NCBI GenBank assembly: GCA_951406725.2
Contig: OX597834.1
Span: 37,820,001 to 37,884,000, forward strand
DNA from: Octopus vulgaris
Lineage: Eukaryota
Direction of reading: 5' to 3'
Length of the DNA: 64,000 nucleotides
Made by a program: the position numbers and the translations under genes. The notes beneath the pieces were generated by a model. That model was not told where the DNA came from. It worked only from the letters and a program-made list of their open reading frames with translations, and searched no databases. Positions 14,591 to 28,129 of the stretch are shown in pieces (position 1 is the stretch's first letter; each line of letters begins with the position of its first letter).

Positions 14591-14687
14591 AGTCGATTCA
14601 TACATATTTAATTAACTCTAGAAGGAGGTGTCGTGGAAGGTAATGGAACTGGGTGTACGGACAAGAAGAGGGGAGGAAGAGAGAGAT

Positions 14688-15166
14688 CAGAAGAAAAAGA
14701 AGAAGAAGAAGAAGAAGAAGAAGAAGAAGAAGAAGAAGAAGAAGAAGAAGAAGAAGAAGAAGGAGAAGAAGAAGAAGAAGAAGAAGAAGAAGAAGAAGAA
14801 GAAGAAGGAGAAGAAGACGTAGAAGAAGGAGGAGCAGAAGATGGAGAAGAAGAAGAAGAAGAAGAAGAAGAAGAAGAAGAAGGAGGAGGAGAAGAAGAAG
14901 AAGAAGAAGAAGAAGAAGAAGAAGAAGAAGAAGAAGAAGAAGACGGGGGAGGAGGAGAAGAAGACGAAGAAGACGAAGAAGACGAAGAAGACGGAGGAGA
15001 GAAGAAGAAGAAGAAGAAGAAGAAGAAGAAGAAGAAGAAGAAGAAGACGGGGAAGGAGAAGAAGAAGAAGAAGAAGAAGAAGAAGAAGAAGACGAAGAAG
15101 AAGGAGGAGCAGAAGAAGAAGAAGAAGAAGAAGAAGAAGAAGAAGAAGAAGAAGAAGAAGAAGACG
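14688..15166 (+). repeat. Long (GAA)n/(GGA)n polypurine tract
   Basis: About 480 bp of GAA with GGA/GAC interruptions. Confidence 0.95.
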
Positions 15167-16230
15167 ATAGTATTGAGGTGTAAGTAGAAATATATTAGGA
15201 AGTCTAAGTAGCTGTATGTCAGAGCGTATGCATATGTATGTACACAGAGGTACACATTCCTGTGTATATGTGAGTCGGTGGGTATCTATGTAGGCATGTA
15301 TGTGTAGTTATTTACCGGTCTTTGCACTTGTATACGTTCTTGCATACAGCTGCTTGCGCGCGCGTGTACGTATGCGTACGACCGCATGTGGCTGTGTTGT
15401 TGCTAGTTAGAATTTTGCGTTGGTATGTGGCCATTCTGGTTGCTGGCATGGAAGCGGGAGTATCGGGTTACAGGTCAAGCTATCTCCAATATTCTTTAAT
15501 TTGATTTCATATAATATAATTATAGTTTGAACTTAACAATTTTATTATGGACACTGGTCGATTTAAAAATATTCAAACATTTTACTTCAGATTATATTCG
15601 TACGGTACTTTATAGCTAACCACTAATGCATTTAGTAAATCTATAAAAATACCATTTTCGCGTTCTCTTCAAAATTTTTTATTTATCTTTCAGTCTACAC
15701 ATAATTTTCTTTTTCTGTCATTCTTCATATCTCAAACTTTTTCCTGTTCTTGTTCTTCTATCGTGTTCACGCATCCATATACCTGTTGCTCTCACTCCTC
15801 AATTAAATGATGTGGTTGGAATGTGTCAAAATTATGATGATATTTGATCGACAGCTGATGAAGGCTTGATCGTTTCAGCATTCGTTTCTATGTCATTCTT
15901 TATCTCATTCTTCCCAGTTCTGTTGTCATACTTTTCCACATATCTTCAATACATATTCGGTTTAGTTGGGATCCGCAAGAGAATAATTTGGCAAATCTAG
16001 AATACCCGCCTTTCACCAAGATACACCCGTTTTTGCTCTTTTCCAATGAATTTTATATATTTAGTTTTCATACAAATCTAATCACTAATTGCTAGCATCA
16101 TCATCAAAGACTGAAAAACAATTAAGCTTGTAAAACTGGTCATTAATAAATTAACTGTACACATCTATTTCATCAAGAACAGAATTCTGGAAGTCTTGTT
16201 CGTATGGACAAGTATACAAAATGTATATGA

Positions 16231-16305
<75 letters not shown>

Positions 16306-17495
16306 CATGCATGTGTATGTATATACGTGTGTGTGTGTCAATGTGTATGTATATATGTATGTACAATTGCATGCATAGAATATATGTATATATATATTCT
16401 TCTTCTTAGTATTGTTATCATTATTGTTGTTGTTGTTGTTGTTATCATTATTTTTGTTATTGCTGTTGTCATTTAAATAATAATATATATATATAACGCT
16501 TGCTAGATGTGTTGAGTACACACTTTCTTTCGTTTGTCCATACATATATATGTATTTATATATATACATACATACATGTATATATATATACTTTTTATTC
16601 TTTTACTTCTTTGAGACATTGGACAGGAGCCATGCTGGAACATCGCCTTGAAAACTTTTGGTTGAACAAATATATATCCGTAATTTGTTCAAGTCATGTA
16701 AAGGAGTTGGCTTCTTACATAGAAACAAAAACACACTCATTGGAATTCGGATATCAACAACGCTAAAGAACTCTTTGTAGTAGAACTCAAAAAAAAATGT
16801 TTTGCCATAGTCTTACTTAATTTCTACTTTTCCTTTGACAATTGGTAATTGTAAAGCGCATGCTAGCAAGCCGATTTCTTAGTCCAAAAGTCTTAGCTAT
16901 TCGACAGTACTATATAAACATTTGCTAACATAACGAAAGAAACCAAATAATTATTGGCAAAAATGTGAAGAGAATATCTTCTGACAGATGTTTTGAGAAG
17001 CTGTAAGCTAGAAAGCAGTTTTCCTAAATATTGCCTTCCACACTTATTCCAAAAGGAATATTCACATCTGCATTGTAGCTGACCTCTGTAACCGTACGTA
17101 TTATTACTGCTTTCCCCAATAACAATGTCAAGCATGTTGGCATTTCTTCCGGCTCTCTGCAAACTCAGTGTTTTCCTTTTCGTGTATCGGATATATCCAT
17201 GTGATAAGCGAACCAATTTCCTTTGTCAATTATGGCCTTCCATAGTCCTTTTCTATGTATGTATGTATAGCTATGTGTGTGTATGCGCATGTAAGTATGC
17301 ATGTATGTATATATGTTTGTATCTATGTATGTGTATTTACATATATATAACAAGGCGTATGTGTTTCAGTTTTAATGAGTTTTTCGAGTTCACAATCATA
17401 AGCACATACGATCATACACGCCAGTTATATATATATATACATCTATACGCTATATATGTACGTGTGTGTGAGCGTGCGTGCGTGTGTGTGTGTCT

Positions 17496-17611
<116 letters not shown>

Positions 17612-17614
17612 TTA

Positions 17615-18876
17615 CAGGGGTTAAACAAAATAATGGTAACACCTATAGCATCATAGCATCATAATTTTGAAATATCTATAAAACCGTCAAAAGCTTGTTT
17701 ATTTAAATGTGTTTTTGATTTATTATTAGTGTTGCATAATATGTTCTGCTAAAATTGCTGTTTCTTTTCAGATATCATCAGAAAAAGGTAATTAAAATTC
17801 ATTAAAATGATAGATCCATCGGACTTTCAAAGAGGTCAAATTGTTGGTGCTCGTATGGCAGTCGCTAGCGTCACGAAAACAACCGAAATGTTTGGTGTAT
17901 CAAGAGGTAATGTCTCGAAAACAATGTCAGCATTTGAGGAAGAGGAAAAACCTCGTCGAAACAAAACTCTGGAAGAAAACCAAAACTTTCAGATAGGGAC
18001 TGTCGGACTCTTACGTGAATTGTCAGAAATGAACACAAAAATACAGCTGCCAAAATTGCTAGAGCTTAATAACCACCTCTAGAACACTGTTTCTACAAAA
18101 ACTGTTGGCCGGGAGCTGCACAAAGCCAGATTTCATGGGAGGGCTGCAATCAGAAACTAATACCTTCAAAAACAAATTTTGCAAAGCGTTTAGAGTGGAG
18201 TAAAAACCTACAGAACTGGTCCCTAGAGCAGTGAAAGAATGTCATTTTCTCGCACGAGTCATCCTTTTTCCGACCACCGGCTGAGTATACGTGTGGAGAC
18301 AGCCAAAAGAAGCATTTGACCCAGACTGCCTTCTTCCAACTGTTAAACATGGAGGAAGATCTATGATGATCTGGCGGGCTATATCTTGGAAATCCGCATG
18401 CCCAATGGTTTTCCTTCATGGCAGAATTAATAGTGAAGACTATTTAAGCATTTTATCTGATCAAATTCATCCTATGGTTGCAGAACTGTTTCTGGAGGGA
18501 AATGCAATCTTTCACGATGATAATGCACCAATTCACACAGCTAAAGTTGTTACTGAATGGCACGAGAAACATTCTAGTGAAGTTGAACATCTTATCTGGC
18601 CACCACAGTCCTGAAATCTCAATATTTTTTAACATTTATGGTGAATTTTAGAAAAACAAGTAAGGAGTTGATATCCTCCGCCATCATCACTACAAGAACT
18701 GTACACTGTTTTAGCTGAAGAATGGACAAAAACTCCTTTGGAAACAATTCAAACTTTGTACGACTCCATACCTCATAGAATTCAAGCTGTAATTACTACC
18801 AAAGACGGTCCTACCCCATATCAACATAAATTTGTTTGAAATTTTAAGGTGTTTCCATTATTTTGTCCAACCCCTG
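17615..18876 (+). mobile_element. Full-length (1262 bp) Tc1/mariner-superfamily DNA transposon, DD36E (Incomer-like) spacing, inactive
   Basis: 30-bp TIRs caggggttaaacaaaataatggtaacacct (17615-17644) and aggtgtttccattattttgtccaacccctg (18847-18876), 27/30 matching. TA on both flanks. Transposase remnant inside. Confidence 0.95.
17807..18824 (+). pseudogene. Tc1-type transposase pseudogene
   Basis: SDFQRGQIVGARMA (HTH), VIFSHES (first D changed to H), PTVKHGG, IFHDDNAPIHTA, WPPQS*NLNIF* (SPDLNxIE with E changed to TAA at 18630), KDGPTPY. Several stops and frameshifts. Confidence 0.92.
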
Positions 18877-18924
18877 TATACATACACTAACGAACACGCG
18901 CACACACACACACACACACGCACG

Positions 18925-18972
<48 letters not shown>

Positions 18973-19514
18973 TATATGAGCAAATACATAAATTCGTTCT
19001 CACATGCTTGTAAGCTAGTACTAAGATTTTAGGTCTCATGTATATACATATATAAATACCTTATTTTTAGACAACTCTTTTCAAAACGAACAGCATACAT
19101 ATACATTTCCATACGCACTCACCCACATGCGTGCACATACACACACACATTCATACATGCTTGCACACATGTATAACAACGTGTAGTATAGCATGTGTGG
19201 GTGGAGGGGTGGAGGGGTGGAGGGGTGGAGTGCGTGAGCGTAGGTGTGAAAATCGGTGGTTATATGAACGACGCTATATAACAATCCATAAACCTGTTGG
19301 TTATATTATCAGGTAAGTGTGAAAAATCACATCAAATATCTAACTAGTTCCATGTGAAATATATCTACCCTACTGGAAAAGTAACTACCCCCACGCACGG
19401 GTATATACACATATAAATATATATATGTATGTATGTATGTGTGTGCGTGTATATGTGTGTATACAAATAAACAGATATAGGCATATATGTAACTACTACT
19501 AACTAATGTGTGTG

Positions 19515-19551
<37 letters not shown>

Positions 19552-20158
19552 CATAAGATATGCATTCAGAGAATTGTGTCGGTATCACAGAAATCTCCGC
19601 CAACGGATTTGGCTAACAGCCCACATGGCAATGTAATACAGTGAAGCGTAATGTAGAGTGTCCATATAACTGAATTCTAGATCCGATCGATGAAATGATT
19701 TCATGAGGAGTTTATAAGCCATAAGAGGTCAAGAGGTTTAAGAGGTGAATATATTTATTTATCCACTTCACCTCTGTGTGATTACGGCCGTTTCGCAGAC
19801 TTCTTCATGTACTAATAATTTCAGTATGGAAGAAACAATGTTTACATATTTGTATTTATATGCCTGCTCTTCATTATACAATATTCAAGACAGACAAAAT
19901 ACCTTGAGTTGAATCGTTGGTTTAACCATGATATTCTAGTGATCAGATGAGCTGGGTGTTTGTATTTACATTGGTTTGTGAACATACAATTGCATTGTAT
20001 AAGGTATAGCATGCATCTTAATGCAGACATGTAAACATAATTTTATTCCACAGTGAAATTATTACTAATGTAAGAAGGCTGCGAAACGGCTGTTATCATA
20101 AGGAGATCAAGCAGTTAAATAAATATATATTCACTTCTCATATCATCTGACGCTTTAT

Positions 20159-20226
<68 letters not shown>

Positions 20227-20336
20227 AAATGTATGTATGTATGTATATATATATAAAATATATATATATATATATATATACATACATACATACACATATA
20301 TCTATGCAAATATATATATCCGTGTATACACAAAAC

Positions 20337-20391
<55 letters not shown>

Positions 20392-20469
20392 CGTATATAT
20401 GTGTGCTATATATACATACATACTCACACACACACACACACACAGAGACAAGCCGCTACTTTTTCGCAT

Positions 20470-20582
20470 TGAGAAATCATAGGTTTGGTACTTCTGACAT
20501 GGGATTAGAATGTCGCAGAAGAATCGTAAGAGGGATTCTTCCAGCTGAGACATCCGGCAGAAAACCAAGGGGTAGACCAATG
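20470..20582 (+). pseudogene. RTE-clade LINE ORF2 C-terminal fragment
   Basis: WYF*HGIRM, then after a frameshift [20 protein letters not shown], resembling the W.GHV.RM...G.R.RGRP motif. Confidence 0.55.
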
Positions 20583-20595
20583 GTTCCCTGTATGA

Positions 20596-21055
20596 AGGAG
20601 CGTGACTTCGTAGTTAAGGTATCCGGCTTACAATCGCAAGTTGGTGAGTTCGATTCCTTTCTAGCCGGGCTCTGTGTCCTTGATCAAGTCACTTTATTTC
20701 ATATTGCTCCAGCCCACTCTGCTGGCAAAAATGAGTAGTTCAAAGGGGTCAGCCTTGTTGCACTCCGTGTCACACTGAATCTACCCAGATTTGGTAGATG
20801 GAAACTGAAAGAAGCTCGTCGTATATGTGTGTGTGTGTATGAGTCTTCGTGTCTATGTTTATACCCCACACCATCATCGCTTAACAACCGATGCTGGTGT
20901 GTTTACGTCCCCGTAACCTAGCGATTCTGCATAAGAGACCGATAGAATAAGTACTAGGCTTGCAAAGAATAAGTCCTGCGGGGTCGATTTTTTTCGACGA
21001 AAAGGCGGTGCTCCAGCATGGCTGCAGTCAAATGACTGAAACAAGTAAAAGAGCA
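20596..21055 (+). mobile_element. Chimeric SINE: tRNA/CORE-like head and family-D-like body joined to the 3' two-thirds of family A
   Basis: gagttcgattcc B box, tgtccttgatcaagtcacttt, tcaaaggggtcagccttg..gtgtcacactgaat (as at 38892-38930), then gatttggtagatggaaactgaaagaagc and the family-A tail. Confidence 0.7.
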
Positions 21056-21215
21056 AATGAATAAAATAACATCTTCATTGCTAGCTCGTGCGTGCATGTT
21101 GGTCTAAAAACTCCTATATACACTCGCTCAAATACAATTAATATAGATATACACATAAGCACATACACACACGCGCTAACGTGTGTGTGAATACACATAC
21201 ATTCATACGCATGCG

Positions 21216-21251
<36 letters not shown>

Positions 21252-21654
21252 AAGAAACACGAATGCACATACATATATATCCACATTTGAAATTCATGTA
21301 TGAAAAACATTTAAATTGAAAATTAAAAAAAAACGTAACGTACAAATAAAAATGTAATTTCTATTTTGTTGTTGCTTTTTAAAAAAATGTAATAAACAAG
21401 AAATCACGAAAGCTGTTAAGTGTATGTGTGTGTGTGTGAAGTGATGTAGTTTATAAATCCAGCACGGAAGAATGAGATGGAATTGGTGAGGAAGGAAGGA
21501 AGGAAGGAAGGAAGGAAGTGGGGAAAAAAAATGTAGAAGTTGCCGTAATTGGAGAAAGTTACAAACGCTAATGTCCGGAGGAATAAAGAGAGTAGGAAAC
21601 AGTACAATTGTGGAAGTGGGGGAGGAAGAGTGAAGAGGAGTGAAGGCTATAGGA

Positions 21655-22047
21655 AGTGTGGTGGTGGTGGTGGTGGTGGTGGTAGTAACCGTGGTGGTGA
21701 TGGTAGTGGTGGTGGTGTTGGTGGTGGCGGTGGTGGTGGTGGTGTGGTGGTGGTGGTGGTGATGGTGGTGGTGGTGGTGGTGGTGATGGTGGTGGTGGGG
21801 TAGTGATGGTAGTGGTGGTTGTTGTGGTGGTAATACAAGTGGTGGTGATGGTGGTGGTGGTGGTGGTGGTGGGGTAGTGATGGTAGTGGTGGTTGTTGTA
21901 CTGGTAATACAAGTGGTGGTGATGATGGTGGTGGTGGTGGTGTTCGTGGTGGTGGTGAAGGTGGTGGTGGTGGTGGTGGTGGTGGTGGTGGGGTAGTGAT
22001 GGTAGTAGTCGTTGTTGTGGTGGTAATACAAGTGGTGGTGATGGTGA
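21655..22047 (+). repeat. (GGT)n tract with a higher-order unit repeated three times
   Basis: ggggtagtgatggtagt..gttgttgt..ggtaatacaagtggtggtgatg at about 21797, 21870 and 21990. Confidence 0.85.
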
Positions 22048-22459
22048 TATATTAAAATTGAGAATTATTTAACGTATTTTTCAATACAGCAGAGACAAGA
22101 CTCTGTGTGTGTGTGTGTGTGTGTGTATTTGTTTGCTTGTGTGCTTGTGTGCATGTATATATGTGTGTGCGAAGTATATGTGAGTTTGTGATGTGTATGT
22201 ATGTGTGTGCTTTTGAATTCTGTGGATATATGTATGCGCAAATTATGTGTATGTATATATATTTGAATTCTGTATGTCTATGTATGCGTGTATTTAAATC
22301 CTGTATGTATATAGGTGTATATGATTAGAAATATCAAATGACAGAGCCTGCTTCGAAACAAAAACTGTTTATCATCATGAACAATCTCAAAAGTAGGAAC
22401 CGGTGCCAATGACAGAATCGGTAGAATATTGGATGAGAATACTCTCTACTCTTCTGTGA

Positions 22460-22648
22460 GGAAGCCTGTAGTATATACGTGTGTGTTTGTCTCCCCCATC
22501 ACTTGACGAACGGTGTTGGTTTGTTTACATCCCCGTAACTTAGTGATTTGGTAAAAGACAAGGACAGAATAAGTACTGGGGTCGATTTGTTTGACTAAAC
22601 GTTTCAAGGCAGTGCCCCAGCATGGCCGCAGACCTGTGACTGAAACAC
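22460..22648 (+). mobile_element. SINE family A, 3' portion
   Basis: gaagcctg..cttgac..tccccgtaacttag..gtgccccagcatggccgcag..tgactgaaaca. Confidence 0.75.
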
Positions 22649-22689
22649 GTGATGTGTGTGTGCGTGTGTGTGTGTGTGTGTGTGCGTGC

Positions 22690-22735
<46 letters not shown>

Positions 22736-23699
22736 ATGCGCCGTGTGTATGGAAGATCTCGGTTTCGAATCCCGGACCTGGTGCTGCGTTGTGTTCTTTG
22801 GTCTGCGATCCCTTCCCCGTCTGACATGTGGCACATCGTCCACCCGCAACAGGCAATGTCGAGGATTGGATGAAGAAAGTGAGCTCATTCATGCATAACG
22901 CAAACATTTGATCAGGAGAAGTAATTCAACCGTGGCAATTGCAAGAACACAACAGAACAAGACAAAAACAACAACAACAAAAATCAGCAATTTTCATGAT
23001 ACAACCCCGAGCACGATATGTCCACGTATGTGCATCCGTAGATGTATGAAAAGTCAAAAATATGTAACACTTAGCAAATCATAATGAAAAAAAAAAAAAC
23101 ACATAGAAAGAATTTCTTCTCCAGTTGTTTTAAAACGCTGCAATATTTCTGCGGTTTATTTTTACCCAATGATTGCATATTCAGCTTTCATATTTTAATG
23201 TGTTCCTGTCAAATTTCATTCATCTCTATACTTCAGATGTATTTCCAAGCTTATGATCCATATATCATGCATATCCTATTTGTTTCAAACATATCATATA
23301 TATATATATATGCGCGATAAATCTGACAATTTTCATAGAAACATTTTAGATAAATTCCAACCTTTATTCTTCGTACATGCGTCCATATGAGGGGATTTAT
23401 TTAGGGATTTATAAAACATTTAAAAAGAAGAAGCAGAAACAATACAGAGAAAATATTCAACAGATTCCTAACCAAAAAAAAATTTTCAAATATTCAGTCA
23501 AATTTATAGAAATTTCAAGCATGCATCATGTATATCGTAATATCACGGGAGATATTAATGGACATTCGTGCGTGAAATACTTATTTCCAGGTATGGTTAT
23601 ACCTGGAAATAGTGATCTGTCTATCTATCTTTCTATATATCTATTTTCTATCTATCTATCTATCTGTCTATTTATATTATATATACACACACATATATA

Positions 23700-23757
<58 letters not shown>

Positions 23758-23808
23758 GTATATGTGATAGAGAATGATATAGATAGATATATATACATAT
23801 ATATATAT

Positions 23809-23866
<58 letters not shown>

Positions 23867-24476
23867 TGTGTGTATGTATATATATATATGTATATATACA
23901 TGTATATATATATATATATATTTATATATATGTATATATATGTATGTATATCATCTCTCTCTCTCTCTCTCTCAGCATATACATACGCACGCACGCGTAT
24001 ATAGATTTGCCTATATATATATATATATATACTGAATATAAATAAGTGTGTATGTATGCATACATAGAGCATAAGATCTCACAAAGATGCATGTACACAT
24101 ACATAGTATATATGTGTGTGCATATGTCTGTGTGTGTATAAGTATGTGTTTCTGTGTGCGTACGTATGTCCGCCTGCAGGGGATGTAATAACAACCAAGT
24201 CTTCCTCAACTCAAATTGTATGTTCTTTTTTGTTTTGTTTTGTTTTTTGTGTGGGGGTGGTCTTTCTAAATCGAAGGCCAGATTGGGAAGGATTGTCTTT
24301 GCTACAAAGCGTTGAAATAAAGCTGCGTATGTCTTCGATGAAAGTTCTGGCAGGACAAGTCTGACCTGGGGTTAAACAACAACAACAAAACCACAACCAC
24401 TGTTTATGCAATAACAATAACAACATGCAATTAAAAAGTAAATAAATACACAATTATAAATATAAAAAAATCTCAC

Positions 24477-24510
24477 CAAAACAAAGAGAGAAAAGCATCG
24501 CCTGACCCAT
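24477..24510 (-). CDS. First coding exon of a secreted or membrane mucin-like protein (MGQAMLFSLCF plus 1 nt)
   Basis: Minus strand reads AAAATG GGT CAG GCG ATG CTT TTC TCT CTT TGT TTT G|GTGAGA. The phase-1 donor matches the phase-1 acceptor at 13206. Joining gives the signal-peptide-like MGQAMLFSLCFGFLVVVIKG/QIST. Confidence 0.7.
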
Positions 24511-25569
24511 TTTTTTTTTTTCAAATATTTGCTTCGATAGTTATGTACTTGACATGTGTACAGGTTTGGTATTGGTCCCAGGAGGGCTTTGATAAGTTAT
24601 GTGAATGACATATGGGCTGGTAGAGATCCCAAGACGAAGAGAGGGTGGGTAGGTGGTGATGGTGGTTGGTGGGGCGGGGGATAAATATGGCGAAGGAGAA
24701 AAATAAATATCGCGATGTATTGAAAAATAACAACCGACTAATCAGAAGACATCAGCAGTGACGATGACAGGAAAAGATCGTTGTCATCGTCATCGTCGTC
24801 ATCATCATAATCGTCATCACTACTACCAGCACCACCACCATCACCAACACCACTAGCCTTTATTAAACACCGCCGACACCGCACCAATAATGCCACCGCC
24901 ACCACCACCACCCTATATTAATATTACTAAAATTAACCGCCATCTTTACAGCAATCACTACTACCACTACGAAGGCCAATACCATAATCCCCCGCTCCCG
25001 TAGACACTGTCACCGTCGCCGCCGTTGCCATCGCTACCACAAATACCAGTATCCCTACCACCACCCAAACACCAACAACAACACCTACGACAAAGACAAC
25101 CACCACGACAAACAACATCACAACAAGCACTACCACCAACACCATCACCACCTCATACCACCACCACTACTTCTAACACTACTACCACCATCACTATCAC
25201 CACTACCACCAGCACCACCACCACCACCCTATCATTACTAACACAGCCACTGTCACGACGAGCACCCTCGCCACAACCACTACCACAAAAACGCTACCAC
25301 CTCGGTAACCATCACTACAATGACAGCACCGCCGCCATCACCTAGGAACACCACCACCACCACCATTAACACAACCACTGACAATATCAATAACAACAAA
25401 AACATTAGAATCATCATCATCATCATTATCATCATCATCATGAAAAATGTCAAAACCATAAAAACCTACTAAATAACGGTTTTGACTCGACAACAACAAC
25501 AACAACAACAATCACCAGCTCCATTTTTTTTAAGAAGATAAAGAAAATTATGTAACAAGCACAAGAATG

Positions 25570-25610
<41 letters not shown>

Positions 25611-25816
25611 TTGTGTGTGTGCTTATACACACATTCATAAATACAACTTATACATAAGTGTGTGTACATGCATATACATATATACACACACAGTCACACA
25701 CACATATACACGCACGCACACACACATAGACGCGCCCGGCATATATATATATATATGTGTGTGTGTGCATAGAAAGAGATATAGATACAGATCAATATAT
25801 AAACTTACACACACAC

Positions 25817-25860
<44 letters not shown>

Positions 25861-25894
25861 ACATGCTCATTAGAGATTTATATACGTGTGTGTG

Positions 25895-25960
<66 letters not shown>

Positions 25961-25979
25961 GTGTATATATATACATATG

Positions 25980-26031
<52 letters not shown>

Positions 26032-26109
26032 CATATATATATACATATATATATGTATATATATATATATATATATGTAAATATATATGCATACATATAT
26101 ATATGTGTG

Positions 26110-26154
<45 letters not shown>

Positions 26155-26612
26155 TCATGATTTCTTCTGTAACTCCTATTTTTCCCGCTTTCTCTTTATC
26201 TCTATTTCTTGATCTTTTCAACCGTATTTCTTTCCATTTTCTCTCCTCCTCCCCGCCTATCTTTCTCTTTCTCTATTCCTCTCTCTTTCTCCCTCTCTCT
26301 CGCTCTTCCTCTCACTCTCTCTTTGTCTCTCTCTCTCTCTCTTTGTCTCTCTCTCTCTCTCTTTGTCTCTCTCTCTCTCTCTCACCATTCACCGTTAAAT
26401 ATATTTTCGCTTTCCATGTTTTTAATATTGTCTTCTATTTTTGCCAACTAAAACAATACAATGCACCATGGAGACATGGTGCATCGTGAGTATGTGTGTG
26501 TATTTGCTTGTATGTGTGTGTGTGTGTGTGTGTGCATATTTGTGTGCGTATGCGTATATGTTTCTCAAACAAGTGAGAGGATGCATGAGTGTGTACATAC
26601 ATATATATATAC

Positions 26613-26674
<62 letters not shown>

Positions 26675-26767
26675 CAAATATACATATATATATATATATA
26701 TATATACATAAATAAACATATATATATGTTTATCATATATATATATATACATATTTACATGTACATA

Positions 26768-26850
<83 letters not shown>

Positions 26851-27041
26851 ATATATATAATTTTATATGCACACACATATACCGGAGACCCGCATATACA
26901 TACATATATATATGATAGTAGAAGAGAGAGAGGTAATTAAATTGGGGGAGATTAGCGAGTAAAGGTAGAGAATGAAGAGGAAAAGAGTGGGAGAGAGACA
27001 GAGAGGAGAGAGAGGGGGGAGAGAGAGACAATGAAAACGAT

Positions 27042-27078
<37 letters not shown>

Positions 27079-27641
27079 CAAATGAAGAGAGGGAGAAAGT
27101 GGAGGTAAGGAGAAAGGGTGAGGAGGGGCGTAATGAAGAAAGGAAGGAAGCCAATGAAACAAAGAAACCGAAAGCTGATTCATTGTCAATTCCTGTCTTA
27201 AGACAATAGGATGGTAATAATGACGATGGTGATGGTGATGGTGTGATGATGGTGTGGTGATGGTGTTGAGGATGATGATGATGGTGATAATGATGGTGAT
27301 GGTGTGGTGATGGTGATGGTGTTGAGGATGATGAGAATAGTAATCCTTTTCGTTGCCGTTATCATCATCATCGTCTTCATCAACTTCAATGTAAACCTCA
27401 ATGAAATGACTACATGGCATCCCCAACAACGACAGCACCACTACCACCACCACCATCATCATCATTATCATCATTATCATCACAACCATGAATAATAATG
27501 CCACCACCATCATCACCATCACCATCAGCCCCCACCACCATTATCACCATCACAACTACCACCACCACCACCACCACCACCACAGCTACCACCGCAACCA
27601 TCATCATCACCACAATCACCACCAAGAACATCATCAAATAT

Positions 27642-28040
27642 TGTCTTTTCTACTCTAAGCACAAGGCCCGGAATTTTGGGGAAAGGGGCCAGTCGATTAG
27701 ATCGATTCCGGTATACAACTGGTACCTAATTTATTGTCCCCAAAAAGATGAGAGGCAAAGTCGACCTCGGCGGAATTTGAACTCAGAACCTAAAGACAGA
27801 TGAAATACCTATTTCTTTACTACCCACAAGGGGCTAAGCACAGAGGGGACAAACAAGGACAGACAAACGGATTAAGTCGATTATATCGACCCCAGTGCGT
27901 AACTGGTACTTATTTAATCGAACCCGAAACGATGAAAGGCAAAGTCGACCTCGGCGGAATTTGAACTCAGAACGTAACGGCAGACGAAATACCGCTTAGC
28001 ATTTCCCCCGGCGTGCTAACGTTTCTGCCAGCAAGCCGCC
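27642..28040 (-). mobile_element. SINE family B with two internal units
   Basis: Two copies of ggcaaagtcgacctcggcggaatttgaactcagaac, and the head gcttagcatttcccccggcgtgctaacgtttctgccagc (reverse complement of the 50457 head). Confidence 0.9.
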
Positions 28041-28129
28041 TTGCATAAAACAGGAATCGTAAAACGGTATTTTCTGTGTGATCACAAAATGGCAGATAGC
28101 TTATCTGATCGCAAAATGACAGACTGAAA

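Noticed and set aside
14608-15255. Poly-E/K/R and poly-S/F ORFs
   Set aside because: Products of the (GAA)n tract, open in several frames on both strands.
24780-25440. Thr-rich reading frames near the first coding exon
   Set aside because: Degenerate (CAC)n repeat on the opposite strand to the gene, with stops and no splice signals.
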